A DNA stretch of 63,647 nucleotides, the filler included, from Reclinomonas americana ATCC 50394 (taxonomy: Eukaryota), in assembly GCA_048213135.1 (NCBI GenBank). It is 18 parts of 18 records of this genome, joined end to end, with 100 filler letters (N's around TTAATTAATTAA, not from the genome) between each part and the next. Parts side by side here need not be neighbours in the genome. Positions count along the whole stretch, not along the records: positions 47,339 to 51,895 come from AFZH01024216.1; positions 51,996 to 58,155 come from AFZH01024217.1; positions 58,256 to 60,413 come from AFZH01024218.1; positions 60,514 to 61,765 come from AFZH01024221.1; positions 61,866 to 63,647 come from AFZH01024223.1; 13 more parts are not named here. One strand, 5' to 3'. Made by a program: the position numbers and the translations under genes. The notes under the pieces were generated by a model. It worked only from the letters and a program-made list of their open reading frames with translations. It was not told the DNA's origin and searched no databases. Shown piece by piece: positions 50,805 through 62,602 of the stretch; the stretch's first letter is position 1, and every line of letters starts with the position of its first letter.

Positions 50805-51026
50805 TCACAGCTCGTCCTTCCTCCCGCGGCCGCCGCGCTTCTTGTTCTTCTTGGAGCCGCCGGGGCCACCGCGATGGATCTTGACGTCGGGGTGGTTGTA
50901 AAAGTCGTCAGAGTCGGAGTTGAAGGTCTGGGTGTTGCTGATGCGGTGCGCGTCGTTGTTGTTGTCCATGTATTGGGCGGTGGCGGCCTGGGATTCGGCG
51001 CGGAGGCGGTCGATTTCTTCCATGGC
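50805..51026 (-). CDS. Terminal exon of a protein ending in KDEL (likely ER-resident)
   Basis: Pyrimidine tract + CAG acceptor, then an open frame AMEEIDRLRAE...GRKDEL*. Confidence 0.6.
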   Translation of the reverse strand, partial: AMEEIDRLRAESQAATAQYMDNNNDAHRISNTQTFNSDSDDFYNHPDVKIHRGGPGGSKKNKKRGGRGRKDEL

Positions 51027-51553
51027 CTGTGGGAGGGGGAAAGGGGGGAAGAGGGGAAAAGGGGAAGGGTGAGAAACGGGAAGGGAAAGGTGGAAGGGAA
51101 CTGAGCAAAACAGCGTGAGAAAGAGGAAAGAGATATAAAAAACTAGCGAAGGACAGTGAGAAAGCGTGAGAGAGAGAGAGAAAGAGAGAGTGAAATGAGA
51201 ACGTGAGAAAGAGACAGACACTTGGCGAGAGCGACAATGAGTGAGAAAGCACGAGAAAGAGAAACAGGAGAACGTGGCAAGGAAAGTGAGACCGCGAATA
51301 ATACAGAGAGACTGAATATGCGTATGAGCCACAGAGGCAGAGAGTAGAAAGAGCGAAAGTGTGAGAATGCATGAGACACGGGGTGAACCAGCTAGTGAGA
51401 ATGCGAGAGACCCACAGCGAGAGAGAGAGAGAGAGTGAGACAATGAGATGGATATTCACTTGAAAAACCAAGGGCACAGAAACAGAGAGCGAGGAAGAGC
51501 GCGAAGGAGAAAGTGACAGTGTGGGAAAGAGTGGACAGCTTTTCCGACAACTC

Positions 51554-51584
<31 letters not shown>

Positions 51585-51995
51585 CCCACACACACAAACA
51601 CACACACAAACATTTTCTTTCACCTTCGTCTCACGCTTTCTCCCTCTCTACGAGTCATACTCTGTCGCACGATCCTTCGCACTTTCATCGAGCACTCTCT
51701 TTCTTACGCTTTCGCACTCCGTCATTCCCTCTCTCTCACACACACATCTCTCTCTCTCTCATCTCTTTCCCTCCATTTCCCTCCCCCGCCCTCTCTTCCC
51801 CCTTTCCCTCCCTCTCCCTCTCCCTCTCTCCCCCATTCCTTCCCTTTCTCCTTCCCCCTTCCCTTAACCCTCCCTTCCCCCTTCTTCCCCCTCCCNNNNN
51901 NNNNNNNNNNNNNNNNNNNNNNNNNNNNNNNNNNNNNNNTTAATTAATTAANNNNNNNNNNNNNNNNNNNNNNNNNNNNNNNNNNNNNNNNNNNN

Positions 51996-52089
<94 letters not shown>

Positions 52090-52775
52090 GTGTGTGTGCG
52101 TGCTTATCTCAACACACATTGACTCATCACTCACTCCTTCTCCTCAACTCTTCCCTCTCTCCTCTCTCCCTCCCCCCACTCACCCGCAAGCACATGATCC
52201 TTACTGCTGTCTCCAGCAGGCGCTAACAAACACAAAAAACCAAACGAGTCAGACATTGCACACTTTGTCTTCCTCCCACTCACTCTCTCACTCTCCGCCC
52301 CGCCCCCGCACTCACCACTCTCACTCTCCACTTGCACGCTCTCCTCTCCTGCTGGTGCGTCCTCGTTGGCGCGCGCTGTGTGTGAGTGATTGCGTCAGTG
52401 AGCAAAACAGAACACTCAAAGTTGCGTTTGTTGTTTTCACTCACCGCTGATGGCGAGCAGCAGGAGCAGCGTGAGCAGCAGTGCGGCGATGGTGACACGT
52501 GTCATTCACAGACAGACAGAGTGTGAGGTGGTGCGGGACGGAAATATGTGACAGGTTCTGTCCGCCGCCTGACAGCCTTTGCCGGAAATTCACCACACAT
52601 GCACCCGCCGATCAGGAGGACGACTACGGCGACAGCGTGCATTACAATTGCCTTCATGAACAGCTGATCGTGCTGTTCAGCATCGTCTGCACGCACTTGC
52701 TGCGAAATGATTGACAATCACACTGCAAAGCGAGCGCAGCGAGCAGCAGCGATCTAATCTTCCTCTCCGCGCGAC

Positions 52776-53896
52776 ATGACATCCAAGGTTCCTTCTCCCT
52801 CCCTTCCCCCCACCCCCTCGCCCTCACACTCTCCCTCCCTCACCCCCCACAGACCCTCCACCACCACCACCACCACCACTCCATCTCCTCCGTCACCCTC
52901 ACCCCCCGCGGCCATCACATCATCAGCACCAGCTTCGACAAGACCGTGCTCGTGTCATCGCTGGCAAGTGGGCACCCAGTGCACCGCCTGGAGGGCCACA
53001 CCTCCTGGGTGTGGAGTGCCGCTTGCACCCGCGACGGGCGATACATCGTGAGTGGCAGTCAAGACTTGACGGTGAGAGTGTGGTGCGCGGCCACTGGCCA
53101 ACAAGTTCAGCAACTTGCGGTGGGCGCAGGGGTAATGTCGGTGGCCGTCACCGCCGACGGCCTCCACGTGGTGAGCGGGTGTCGCGACAAGACAGTGCGC
53201 GTGTGGTCCCTCGAGAGTGGCGACGAGGTGCTGTGCTTGACAGGGCACACGGACAAGCTGTGGTCTGTCGTCGTCACTCCCGACGGGCGGCACATTATCA
53301 GCGGCAGCGATGATTGCACCGTGCGAGTGTGGTCTCTCGAGGGCGGCGAGGAGGTGCGGCGGTTGGAGAGGCACACGGGAGCGGTGTTGTCGGTGGCCAT
53401 CACCCCCGACGGTCAGCACGTGGTGAGTGGGAGCAGAGACGAGACGGTGCGCGTGTGGTCTCTCGAGAGTGGGGACGAATGGTGGATTCTCGAGGGTCAC
53501 GCTGGCGCGGTGTGGTCTGTCGCGGTCACCCCCGACGGTCTGTACGTTGTGAGTGGCAGTCAAGATCAAAGCATTAGCGTCTGGTGCCTCGCAAGTGGCG
53601 AGGAGGTGCGACGGTTGGAGAACCACGAAGCGGCGGTGTTTTCCGTTGCCGTCGCCCCCGACGGCCAGCACATTGTAAGCGGGTGCAGAGACGAGAGGAT
53701 ACGAGTGTGGTCGTCGGCGCGGGGTCTCGCTCGGCAGGAGATGGCGGCCGCAAAGGCGGCTGTGTCGGCCGTCCATGAGATGCTTGGTGAGGAGGATGAG
53801 GATGAGCGCATGGAGTGGATTCTCGTGGATGTTGTGCTGCGGTGCTTTGTGTTGGAGGACGCCGAGGTGATTGAGCGCGGTGCGGAGGAGTGGTGA
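52776..53896 (+). CDS. WD40-repeat protein (7 repeats) with helical C-terminal tail; one short 5' intron
   Basis: MTSK|TLHHHH...; GH...VTPDGxHxVSGSxDxTVRVW repeats; tail LARQEMAAA...LVDVVLRCF. Confidence 0.88.
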
Positions 53897-54639
53897 AGTG
53901 GGTGAGCGACGACGACAACTACAACCAATCCAAGCAGCTTGCTGGTCAGCACTGGGATGCAGAGAAGGTCATCGTGGTGGTTGCAGTGCAGCTGCGCCGC
54001 GCGCCACGACCATCGCATCCGGTCAACACACTGCAGAATCAACAGGCGGCAGAGACAACTCCCGCGACAACCACTCAACTGTCCTCCCGGACTTACTTGC
54101 ACCAGGCTTCGTTGGTTTTTCCTATGTGTTCTGACACCAACACCTCTCGCTATCCTTCTGCATTCCTTTTTGGAATTCGGCGTCAAATCCATGCGTGCCA
54201 TGAACCGTGGTTTCTCTTGCAGAAACGCCAGCATTAGCCATCTGGACTTTTTCTCGCTTTTTTCCGTGATGTCTAAGTTTCTGGTGCTCGCTCAAGGTGG
54301 TGATCATCATGCAGCTGTGTTGCTATTTGGATTAGTAAAATTGCTGTCGTTATTTTGCTGGTGTTGTTGTTGTTGTTGTTGTTGTTTTTGCAGAGAGAGA
54401 CAGAAGCAGTAAGAAGGCACTTCGTGATCTGTACTCCTGAGTTCACTGCACAAGCAATGAAAACCGTGATAGCAACATAGCTTCTCAGGTTGAGGAGGAC
54501 AAAAGAAACACAAACTGGAGACTAGCACCGCGGAAAAGAGATGCGAACTCATTCAGGGACGGTTTGCCGTGGCGCAACGTTGCACGCGCTGTTAAAAGAA
54601 CCGCATCTGCGAATCATTTCGACAGGTAGTCAGACAACC

Positions 54640-54990
54640 TGCCGTTGCAGGTGCACAACGCAACGTGGCACGCAACTGCCAAACGCCGTTCTGCTTGGGA
54701 AGCAAGCAACAGAAGCAGTATTCGAGGCGGCACAACATGCAAAGCATGTGCTTGGATGCCATGGTGATCTCTACAGATTCACGTGCTGAGCGTACAAGCG
54801 ACACTGGCAACTCACGAGATTGCGGAACTCCACCTTGAAGATTGTAGCAAGAGGGGCAGGCGCGAATCGTCGGCACCAGCCGATCAGGAACATGTACGAT
54901 CGACTTTGTCGGGCATGTCCGCAGCAAGTCATTCCAGGCGCACACGACCTCGCGGTGATCCGCTGTCCGCGCAGGGCAATCAAAGACATT
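54640..54990 (-). pseudogene. Degraded IBR/RING2 region of an RBR-type E3 ligase
   Basis: LLRTCPTKSI...PTIRACPSC...SKHMLCMLCRLEYCFCCLLPKQNGVWQ; Ser stands where the CKHM Cys is expected, and I could not find the upstream domains. Confidence 0.45.
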
Positions 54991-55154
54991 AGTGTACACA
55001 GATACACGAAGTAAGAAGAGGAGCGACACCAACAGAGAGAGCCAGCTGGTCATGCAAGCCGGCATTCACAGAGACAAACAATCAACAGCAAGTCGGCAAC
55101 ACGCATCTCCACCACCTGTTATTCTCAATTCTCTTACTGACTGAGAACTCACTC

Positions 55155-57691
55155 ACCTTCTTCAGCATACTGCACGATGGACAAATTGAGCACCACATCA
55201 CACCAAGTCAGAACCATCAGAGAAGTACCTCTGCTTCACGCTGGCGACGCTCTTCCTCCGCTCGCGCAACCGCCTCCCGCTGTCTCATTTCGGCCTCGAG
55301 CTCGCGAGCGGCAGCCTCAGCGAGCAGTGGATTGACGGCACGCATAAGCTGCCGCAGATGCAAGTAAGCGAACTGCAGTACGCGGGTTATCAAAGACCAG
55401 CACACCTTGGTTGTCTGCTCGTCGCCGTGCCGAAGTCGCCGGTCAATAGCTGCTGTCTCTTCCTGGAGCTGCCGACTGTGCGCCAGCAACTGCCGCTCCA
55501 TCTCCGTCACTCGCTGCTGAAGCTGCCCCTTCTCCCGCACTTCAGCTGCCAGACGCAGAGCAAGCTCCTGTTGTTGCCGCTCGAACGCCGCCAACACCGC
55601 CTCTATGCGATTCTGCTGCTCCTCCGCACGGCGGCGCTGTTCTTGCACCTGCATCATCACCTCCGCGTGACGCAGCTCCTTCTCGCGCGAGACCTCCTCC
55701 ATACGCACCACGGTCTCCGTCAACGTACTCACACGGGCATGCAGCTGTGAGGCAGAGGGGTAAAGAGTAACGTCGCAACAACCGCTCTTCCTCGTGCATC
55801 TCACCTCTCGGAGAGGCCTCTCGACACGAAGCAAATCACACTGCTGCTCGTGCAGTTGCACGTCGCGCTGCGGGCCGCGCGTCGTGCACCCAAGATCCGC
55901 CGCACGGCACGCCACCGGTTTCATTGCGCACTCGCCCTCTGCATTCTCACTCACATGAGGTGAAGACGATTTCACGATGTCGTCAGATACGCACCCAGGT
56001 GCTGGCGCATGTTGGCCAGCGTGGAGTTCACACCGCATCGCGGACATGTGCGCACACACCCATTGCGACTGTGCTCCGCCATCTCGCGCATCGGCACCCG
56101 CACGCCGCACGCAAACGGACACTCGCGCAGACACTCACTCCACGCGTGCTCCGCCGTGCGATTCAAGGGCATGCTCGCCTTGCACACGTCGCAACTGTAC
56201 AGGCACGCCGAGGTAGCGTGCGTGCGGTAGTAGTCGCCGACAGTCTGTTGCACAGAGGACGTGTGAGGGGGGAGGCAAGGGGAAGAAAATGGAGCGAGGA
56301 AAAAAGAAGAGAAGACGAAACGACAAGACTGAGTGGAAGAGAAGACGAAGAGGAGAGGAGAGGAGAGGAGAGGAGAAGAGAGACGAGGAAGGATAGAAGG
56401 GGGAAGGAATGAAACGACATGATAGGAAGAGGGAAGAGGGAGAGGTGCTGAGTCGCGAAAGGCGAGAGGAGATGGGAGAAGGCGGAGAGACAAGCAGAGT
56501 AGAGAAGAAGAGATGACGAAGAAACGGCGGAGACGAATCGAAATGAACTGAGACCACACCAGTCGAGGTGATGGGCAGAGGAACAGCAGACACGTGAGAA
56601 TGGAAGAGGAAATGGAGAGGACAGAAGAGGTGCAAGTGACGGAGGTTTGGAAAAGAACTGAGACGAGAGGAGAGGCGGCGAGGAGAGACGAGGCAGCGGA
56701 GATGAGTTGCGAAAAAGACAAGAAGAAGAGAAGAGAAATGGAGGGGAGAGAAAATGGAAAGAAAAGTGGTGAGAGGAAAGGAAGGAGGAGGAGGTGGAAG
56801 AGACGAGAGGAAAGGAGAATATCAGAGACAGAGTGCTGTACACACAAACCATTCGCTGTCGACACTTGGGGCACAGTATCTGTGACACACTCAGTCAGTA
56901 CAACGGCTTTCGAGAGAAAAGCACCGCCATCTGTGAGCACGTCACCTCCAGGTTCTCGTAAGTCAGCTTAAGCCGCCGAATGGGCTCCAAAGCTGTCGCG
57001 GCAGATGTCACGCCGCACCCGCACCAATTGGCGCCTTGCGGTGCCTCACTCATGTGCGCACTGCTCGAAGCTCTCATCAGCACGCCATCACGCACTCAGC
57101 TCCGCATCCGTGAAACACACTCACCGGCACAAGTGATGCACCTCGTTGGAGCACACGACAAAATCAGGCTGGCATAGCTCCTGCATGTTGCTTGTTATCA
57201 GACTTTGTGTGCACCAGCATGCGCTGCGTCTGTGCATTTTGCTGCTCTCTGCCACACCCATTACTGCCCTTGTGCGCTACAGCCTTGCATCTCCTCCAAC
57301 GGCATCTCACTCTCCATTGTTGCTTTCTCTCCCATTCTCTCACCCGCTTCTCTATGACACACACAACCTTCTCACCCTCTTTCTGCCTCTCATCCACGCG
57401 ATGCTTTGCATTCTCCTCCTTTAGTGTCTCCCTGTCGCTTATCCCTTTTCGCCCTTCTCTTTCATTTCTCTGCCTCTCTCTCTCTCTCTCTCGCACACAT
57501 GTGCCCACATACCCCGCCTTTCTCACCCACTTGCTGGCGTGTTTCCACTCTGCCAAGCCCTGTCTGCCTGCGATGCACACCTTTAACCTTGCCTCTCAAT
57601 CTCCCTCTCTCTCTCGCTCGCTCTTGCCCTCGCCCTCTGCATTTGTTCCGACTCTCTCATTCTCTGTGCTGCCTAGAACTCTCTTTCCTTT

Positions 57692-57729
<38 letters not shown>

Positions 57730-58067
57730 CTCACCATGCACACTGGACACTCATACGCCTGCGCCTCCCGCCGATACTCCTCCACCACATGCTCCATGTA
57801 CACAGGCGGTGCACTGCCAGCAGCATCATCCGCGGGTCGACGATTCACCGCCAGCACCGAGCGGAACGCAAAGCGCTCCACATGCGGCGCCTCGCCCACC
57901 ACAATCACCTCGTCGCCAATGGAAAGGCGAGGGTCCGAGGCAACGATGGAGGCAGCGGGTTGGCGAGCTGCAGCAGCTTGAGCAGCAGCGGCGGCTTGCT
58001 GAAGGGCAGCCTCGGCTTGCAGTCGAGCTTGACGTTGGCTTGCGGCACTCATGCTAGAAAACGACAA
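55155..58067 (-). CDS. RING-like + TRAF-type zinc fingers + coiled-coil protein, multi-exon; ends uncertain
   Basis: YECPVCM|ELCQPDFVVCSNEVHHLC; ECPFACGVRVPMREMAEHSRNGC; VACRAADLGC...HEQQC; E/Q/R-rich coiled coil. Confidence 0.7.
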
Positions 58068-58255
58068 GCAGAGGAGGAAAGAAGAAGAAGAAGATGATGA
58101 TGATGATGAAGAAGAAGAAGAAGAAGAAGAAGAAGAAGAAGACGTACGTAGTCGTNNNNNNNNNNNNNNNNNNNNNNNNNNNNNNNNNNNNNNNNNNNNT
58201 TAATTAATTAANNNNNNNNNNNNNNNNNNNNNNNNNNNNNNNNNNNNNNNNNNNN

Positions 58256-58342
58256 GCCGATGCACATGAACTCGCGCGCGCCGACATGGATCACGGCGAC
58301 GCCGGGATCGTTGTGGAAATGCGGGGTGCCGTGATCGGCCAT
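58256..58342 (-). CDS. Bacterial zinc-finger (zf-CHCC-like) protein, N-terminal fragment
   Basis: MADHGTPHFHNDPGVAVIHVGAREFMCIG, with an upstream AAGGA ribosome-binding site. Confidence 0.7.
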
Positions 58343-58446
58343 GGTTCTCGTCCTTGCAAATTCGGCGGCACCATAATCGTTCGCCGCGGGCCGCGCCAGC
58401 GGGTGCGTTACGGATTTGGCTGTTTGCGACGCGGCGTTCCTGCCTC

Positions 58447-58595
58447 CCGTCTTTCCGGGCCTTCGCGTCAGCGAAGGCCCGGAATCCAGAACCGATGCTG
58501 GTCGGAATGATGGCGCAACGGCCGGAGAGCTTTCGCGGCTACGGCATCGGCTCTGGGTTCCGGGCTCAGGCCTACGGCCTGCCCCGGAAAGACGG
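58447..58595. repeat. Alphaproteobacterial REP-like palindromic element
   Basis: Terminal inverted repeat CCGTCTTTCCGGG...CCCGGAAAGACGG with internal hairpins, intergenic. Confidence 0.7.
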
Positions 58596-58601
58596 GGAGC
58601 C

Positions 58602-59576
58602 TCAGGGCTGGCGGGCGCAGGCTTGGCCGATCTCCCGAGCCCGCTCGATCTCCGCCGGGCTGAGCGCGTCGGCCGTTGCCTTGACCCAGAGATTGGCCTG
58701 CTTGAGCCCGTCCATCGAGCAGGAGCAGACGCGCTCGCAGATTTCCCTCGGCGTACCCGCCGCGGTGCAGGAGCGCTGGCAGGAGGTCAGGAACGGGGCG
58801 GCCTCGGCATCTGGCAGCTTCGGGCCGGCCATCTGCCCGGTCGCCTGCATGAACAGGAACAGCGCGCCGATGAACAGCGGCTGGTGGACGAGATAGACGA
58901 ACAGGCTGTTGCGGCCGCCGAGGACGAGGAGCTTGGTCGGAGCGGACGTCGCCCGCCAGCTCGCCCAGAAGCTGCCCTGCGCCCTCGGCAGAATGATCCG
59001 CGCCAGCGCCATGCCGGCGAGCACGCAGCCGAACCAGGGGAAGACCGGAACGAAATCGGCGGTGAGCGGCCAGGGGCCGAAACCAAGGAAGGCGAGCCAG
59101 TCCTGCGTGAAGACGTCATGGCCCAGAATGAAGGGCAGGGCGAAGACGATGACGGCCGCGATGGCGACGACCAGCGTCGGCAGGAACAGGAAGGGCAGGG
59201 CCAGCACGCTCGCCAGCGCGATATGGTGCAGGATGCCGAAGAAGATGAAGACATCCGGCAGGGCGAACCAGGTCGCGCAGGTGACGAGGACCGCGGCGCA
59301 GGCGATCAGGGCGACCCGGCGCAGATAATTGCCGCGGTCGAAGCCCTTGCGCGTCGCCAGCACCAGGCTGAAGCCGACGATCGCCAGGAAGGAGCCGGCG
59401 ATCAGCCGGGCGAAGGCACGCCAGGCCGGATCGATGACGACATCGACCCGGATCAGCCGAAAGTAAGAGAGATCATAGGCGAAGTGGTAGACGAACATCG
59501 CGAGCAGCGCGATGCCGCGGGCCAGATCGACCAGTTCGATACGGCCGCCGGCCGAGGGGTTCGCTTGCTCGCTCAT
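58602..59576 (-). CDS. Bacterial DUF1624 / heparan-alpha-glucosaminide N-acetyltransferase-like membrane protein
   Basis: RIELVDLARGIALLAMFVYHF, IFFGILHHIA, DFVPVFPW, GRNSLFVYLVHQP; intronless and GC3-rich. Confidence 0.9.
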   Translation of the reverse strand: MSEQANPSAGGRIELVDLARGIALLAMFVYHFAYDLSYFRLIRVDVVIDPAWRAFARLIAGSFLAIVGFSLVLATRKGFDRGNYLRRVALIACAAVLVTCATWFALPDVFIFFGILHHIALASVLALPFLFLPTLVVAIAAVIVFALPFILGHDVFTQDWLAFLGFGPWPLTADFVPVFPWFGCVLAGMALARIILPRAQGSFWASWRATSAPTKLLVLGGRNSLFVYLVHQPLFIGALFLFMQATGQMAGPKLPDAEAAPFLTSCQRSCTAAGTPREICERVCSCSMDGLKQANLWVKATADALSPAEIERAREIGQACARQP

Positions 59577-59652
59577 GGTGTCGTCATAAGCGGCGCGATG
59601 CGTTGCGCAAAGGGGCGGGGAGCTTCTTCTCAGCCTTCATCAACTTGCGCGA

Positions 59653-59755
59653 GTCATCCCGGCCGCAGCGAAGCGGAGAGCCGGGATCCATTCCGGAGCC
59701 TTTCCGGACGAGGTTCAGGCATGGTCCCGGATCTCGCTGCGGTCGCCCGGACGAC
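59653..59755. repeat. Alphaproteobacterial REP-like palindromic element
   Basis: GTCATCCCGGCC...GAGCCGGGATCCA...TGGTCCCGGATC...CCCGGACGAC. Confidence 0.7.
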
Positions 59756-59840
59756 CAGGTTTGCTGGAGAAGCGCTACCCAAAGCCGCGCCGCCATGGCA
59801 GACCTGATCGAAGATCAAGAGCAGCTTGGCGGCAGGGCCG

Positions 59841-60413
59841 ATGCAGACATTCGATTCCGACGGCGTGTCGATCGCCTATCTCGACCTCGCCCCGACCGGG
59901 GAGGGCTCCGGCGATCCGATCGTGCTGATCCATGGCTTCGCCTCGAGCCATGCGGTGAACTGGGTCAACACGCAATGGACGAAGACGCTGACCCATGCCG
60001 GCCGGCGCGTCGTGCTCTACGACAATCGCGGCCATGGCCGCAGCCAGAAGCTCTACGATCCCGAGGCCTATCACTCGACCATCATGGCCGAGGATGCGCG
60101 CCGCCTGATGGACCATCTCGCAATCGAGCGGGCCGACATCATGGGCTATTCGATGGGTGCGCGAATCTCCTCGCATCTGACGCTCGCCCATCCCGAGCGC
60201 GTGCGCTCGCTGCTGCTCGGGGGCCTGGGCATCCATCTGGTCGAGGGCGTCGGCCTGCCGCTGGGGATCGCCGACGCGATGGAAGCGCCTTCGCTCGCCG
60301 ACCTGACCGACCCGATGCAGCGCATGTTCCGCGCCTTCGCCGAGAACACCGGCAGCGACCTCAGAGCCCTCGCGGCCTGCATTCGCGGTACGCGCCAGAC
60401 GCTGAGCAGGGAG
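59841..60413 (+). CDS. Bacterial alpha/beta hydrolase (3' truncated)
   Basis: LIHGFAS, DNRGHG, GYSMG nucleophile elbow. Confidence 0.9.
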
Positions 60414-60513
60414 NNNNNNNNNNNNNNNNNNNNNNNNNNNNNNNNNNNNNNNNNNNNTTAATTAATTAANNNNNNNNNNNNNNNNNNNNNNNNNNNNNNN
60501 NNNNNNNNNNNNN

Positions 60514-60816
60514 AAACGAGTGCTTTGCAAAGCTCTGCGTCACAATCTCCAGCGAGTCTTCGCCCTTGAAGTTGAGACTCACACGATTCTCAGTCTGTGA
60601 GACACAAACACGCATGAGAGAGAGAGAGAGACAGAGCAAGAGAGCGACATGGCACACACAGACCGACTCGCTAATTTCTCCTGTGTTGAGTGCACGCACA
60701 ATGGTCAGTGTCTCTCTCTCTTACTTGCACTTGCACACACTTGGTCACACAGTGACGCAACGAGAGTTCATTGGTCGAAAGCGCGCAATCACACGCACAC
60801 TGCATGTGGCTGCCAT
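60514..60816 (-). CDS. Kinesin motor protein, 5' exons
   Basis: MAATCSVRVIARFRPMNS...KHSF matches the start of a kinesin motor domain. Confidence 0.75.
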
Positions 60817-61444
60817 TGTTGCTGCTCCTTGTCTGCTTGCACTGGTGGTGGTCTGTGCGGCTGTTTGTTGTTGGGGAGAAGGGCGTGGAGTGGAGAGGAG
60901 ACTGGTCGACTGCACTGCGCTCCCACGACAGTGACAATGGTGAGGCAAACAGGACGCGATCGAAGTGCCTTGCTTGTTTCTCCGCACACGCGCAACTTGA
61001 CGAAAGTGGATCGGTTTGCTGCACGAGTTGCGTGGGCGGCTGTATGTTGCGTGAGTTGGCAAGTGCAAGTGCAAGGGAAGCGACAGTGCGCAACTTGCAG
61101 TTGCAGTTGGCGAGCTCGCAGCGAGGACTCGGAAGTTGTGTGCAGCCACGTTGGCAATGCCGCTCACAAGCAGGTTATTGTATTCGCAAGTTGGTCGTGT
61201 TGAGTTGCTTGTAATCGTGGTTCTCGATCGCGATCGTGCAAGCTGGCCACACGTTCGAAGTGAAATCGAACAGCTGCTGCAGAGGTGGTGGTGGCCTTGG
61301 CTCGCACGCTGACTGCAATGTGTATTCCCAGGGTTTCGCGCAGTGGCGGTATAAATAGGTGGCGAGCCCGCTCATGCGTGTTCGGCGCTCGCTTGCAAAA
61401 GAAAGGCCCGCTCATCAGATACCGAAATATCACACGACTATTAA

Positions 61445-61765
61445 TCATGATTCTCCACCCTCCTCCACCTCCTTCGCTGTTGCCTCACCACCTGCGCCAC
61501 CCCTGCCTCCCTCATGATGGCTGTCGTCGTCGTCGTCGTCGCTGGACGATTCGTAGTGCACGCCCAGCAGCGACGGCACCTCCACGTCATCGTCGTCCGC
61601 CACTCGCGCCCTCTTCATCGGCGGAGGATCGCCCGCCGTCTCCGCCGTCGCCGTCGTGGTTGTCGTGCTCGCGGAGGACACGGCAATCACAGGCGTTGGT
61701 GCAGGCAACGGTGGCGGCGGTCGCTTGCCGGCAATCTTCAGCTGCGGCTTCTTCGTGGCCACGGC
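61445..61765 (-). CDS. 3' end of a low-complexity protein with an acidic tail
   Basis: Open GC-rich frame ...PPPMKRAR...SLLGVHYESSSDDDD...*. Confidence 0.45.
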   Translation of the reverse strand, partial: AVATKKPQLKIAGKRPPPPLPAPTPVIAVSSASTTTTTATAETAGDPPPMKRARVADDDDVEVPSLLGVHYESSSDDDDDDSHHEGGRGGAGGEATAKEVEEGGES

Positions 61766-61865
61766 NNNNNNNNNNNNNNNNNNNNNNNNNNNNNNNNNNN
61801 NNNNNNNNNTTAATTAATTAANNNNNNNNNNNNNNNNNNNNNNNNNNNNNNNNNNNNNNNNNNNN

Positions 61866-62577
61866 GGGAGAAGGAGGGAGAGTGACAGCACACACAGTAT
61901 ATATTCAGCGTAGACAGGCGGGGGAAGAACATGCAAACCTGAGAATGTACAGAACCAAGAAGCCGGCGTCGGTGAAATCGTTGCCGGGAATCGAGCGATG
62001 AGTGATGCCGGAGATTAGCGAAAACGGCGTGAACGGCAGCTTTGCAATCACTCGTCCCTCGTAGCTGCACGACGTACATGTTAGCAACTCACACAGTGAC
62101 TGGAGAGAGAGAGATAGAGACAACGCAACATGGAGTTGAGCACGCCAATGAACGAGATCAGAGTGACACCGACGGCGACCATGGACTTCATGCGCGACAT
62201 GGAACTGCGCTGATCGAGTGACTTTTTCTGCTCCTCCAGTTGCTGCACACGCGACTCTTTCTCGTTGCGCGCCTTGGCCTTCTCGACTGCATGAAGAGGA
62301 GAGAGTGAGTCACTGTGCCACTGACATGCATGCATGCAAATTGAACGCACTTTCCTTGGTCACGCGCTCAATGTCCTCTTGCAGCTGCTTGAAGCTATCG
62401 GTGCGGTACACGAGAACCCACTGTGTGTGTGTGTGCACGTGTCAGCGCGCAATGTCATGGCGCACACACACACGCGCAAAGAGAGAGAGACAGGGGGCAA
62501 GCACACGAGACCTCGAGAATCGCCATGAAGAAGCTGATGCCAGCCGAGGCCAGCACGACCTCAATGCACGCCAACAT
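61866..62577 (-). CDS. TMCO1: TMCO1 (ER Oxa1-superfamily membrane protein), 3' truncated
   Basis: WVLVYRTDSFK, SRMKSM, YEGRVIAKLPFTPFSLISGITHRSIPGNDFTDAGFLVLYIL. Confidence 0.92.
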
Positions 62578-62602
62578 CGTGGAAGGAAATGGAAATTTGG
62601 TA

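Noticed and set aside
58416..59807. 463-aa plus-strand ORF in the bacterial contig
   Set aside because: It is the antisense shadow of the GC-rich DUF1624 gene.
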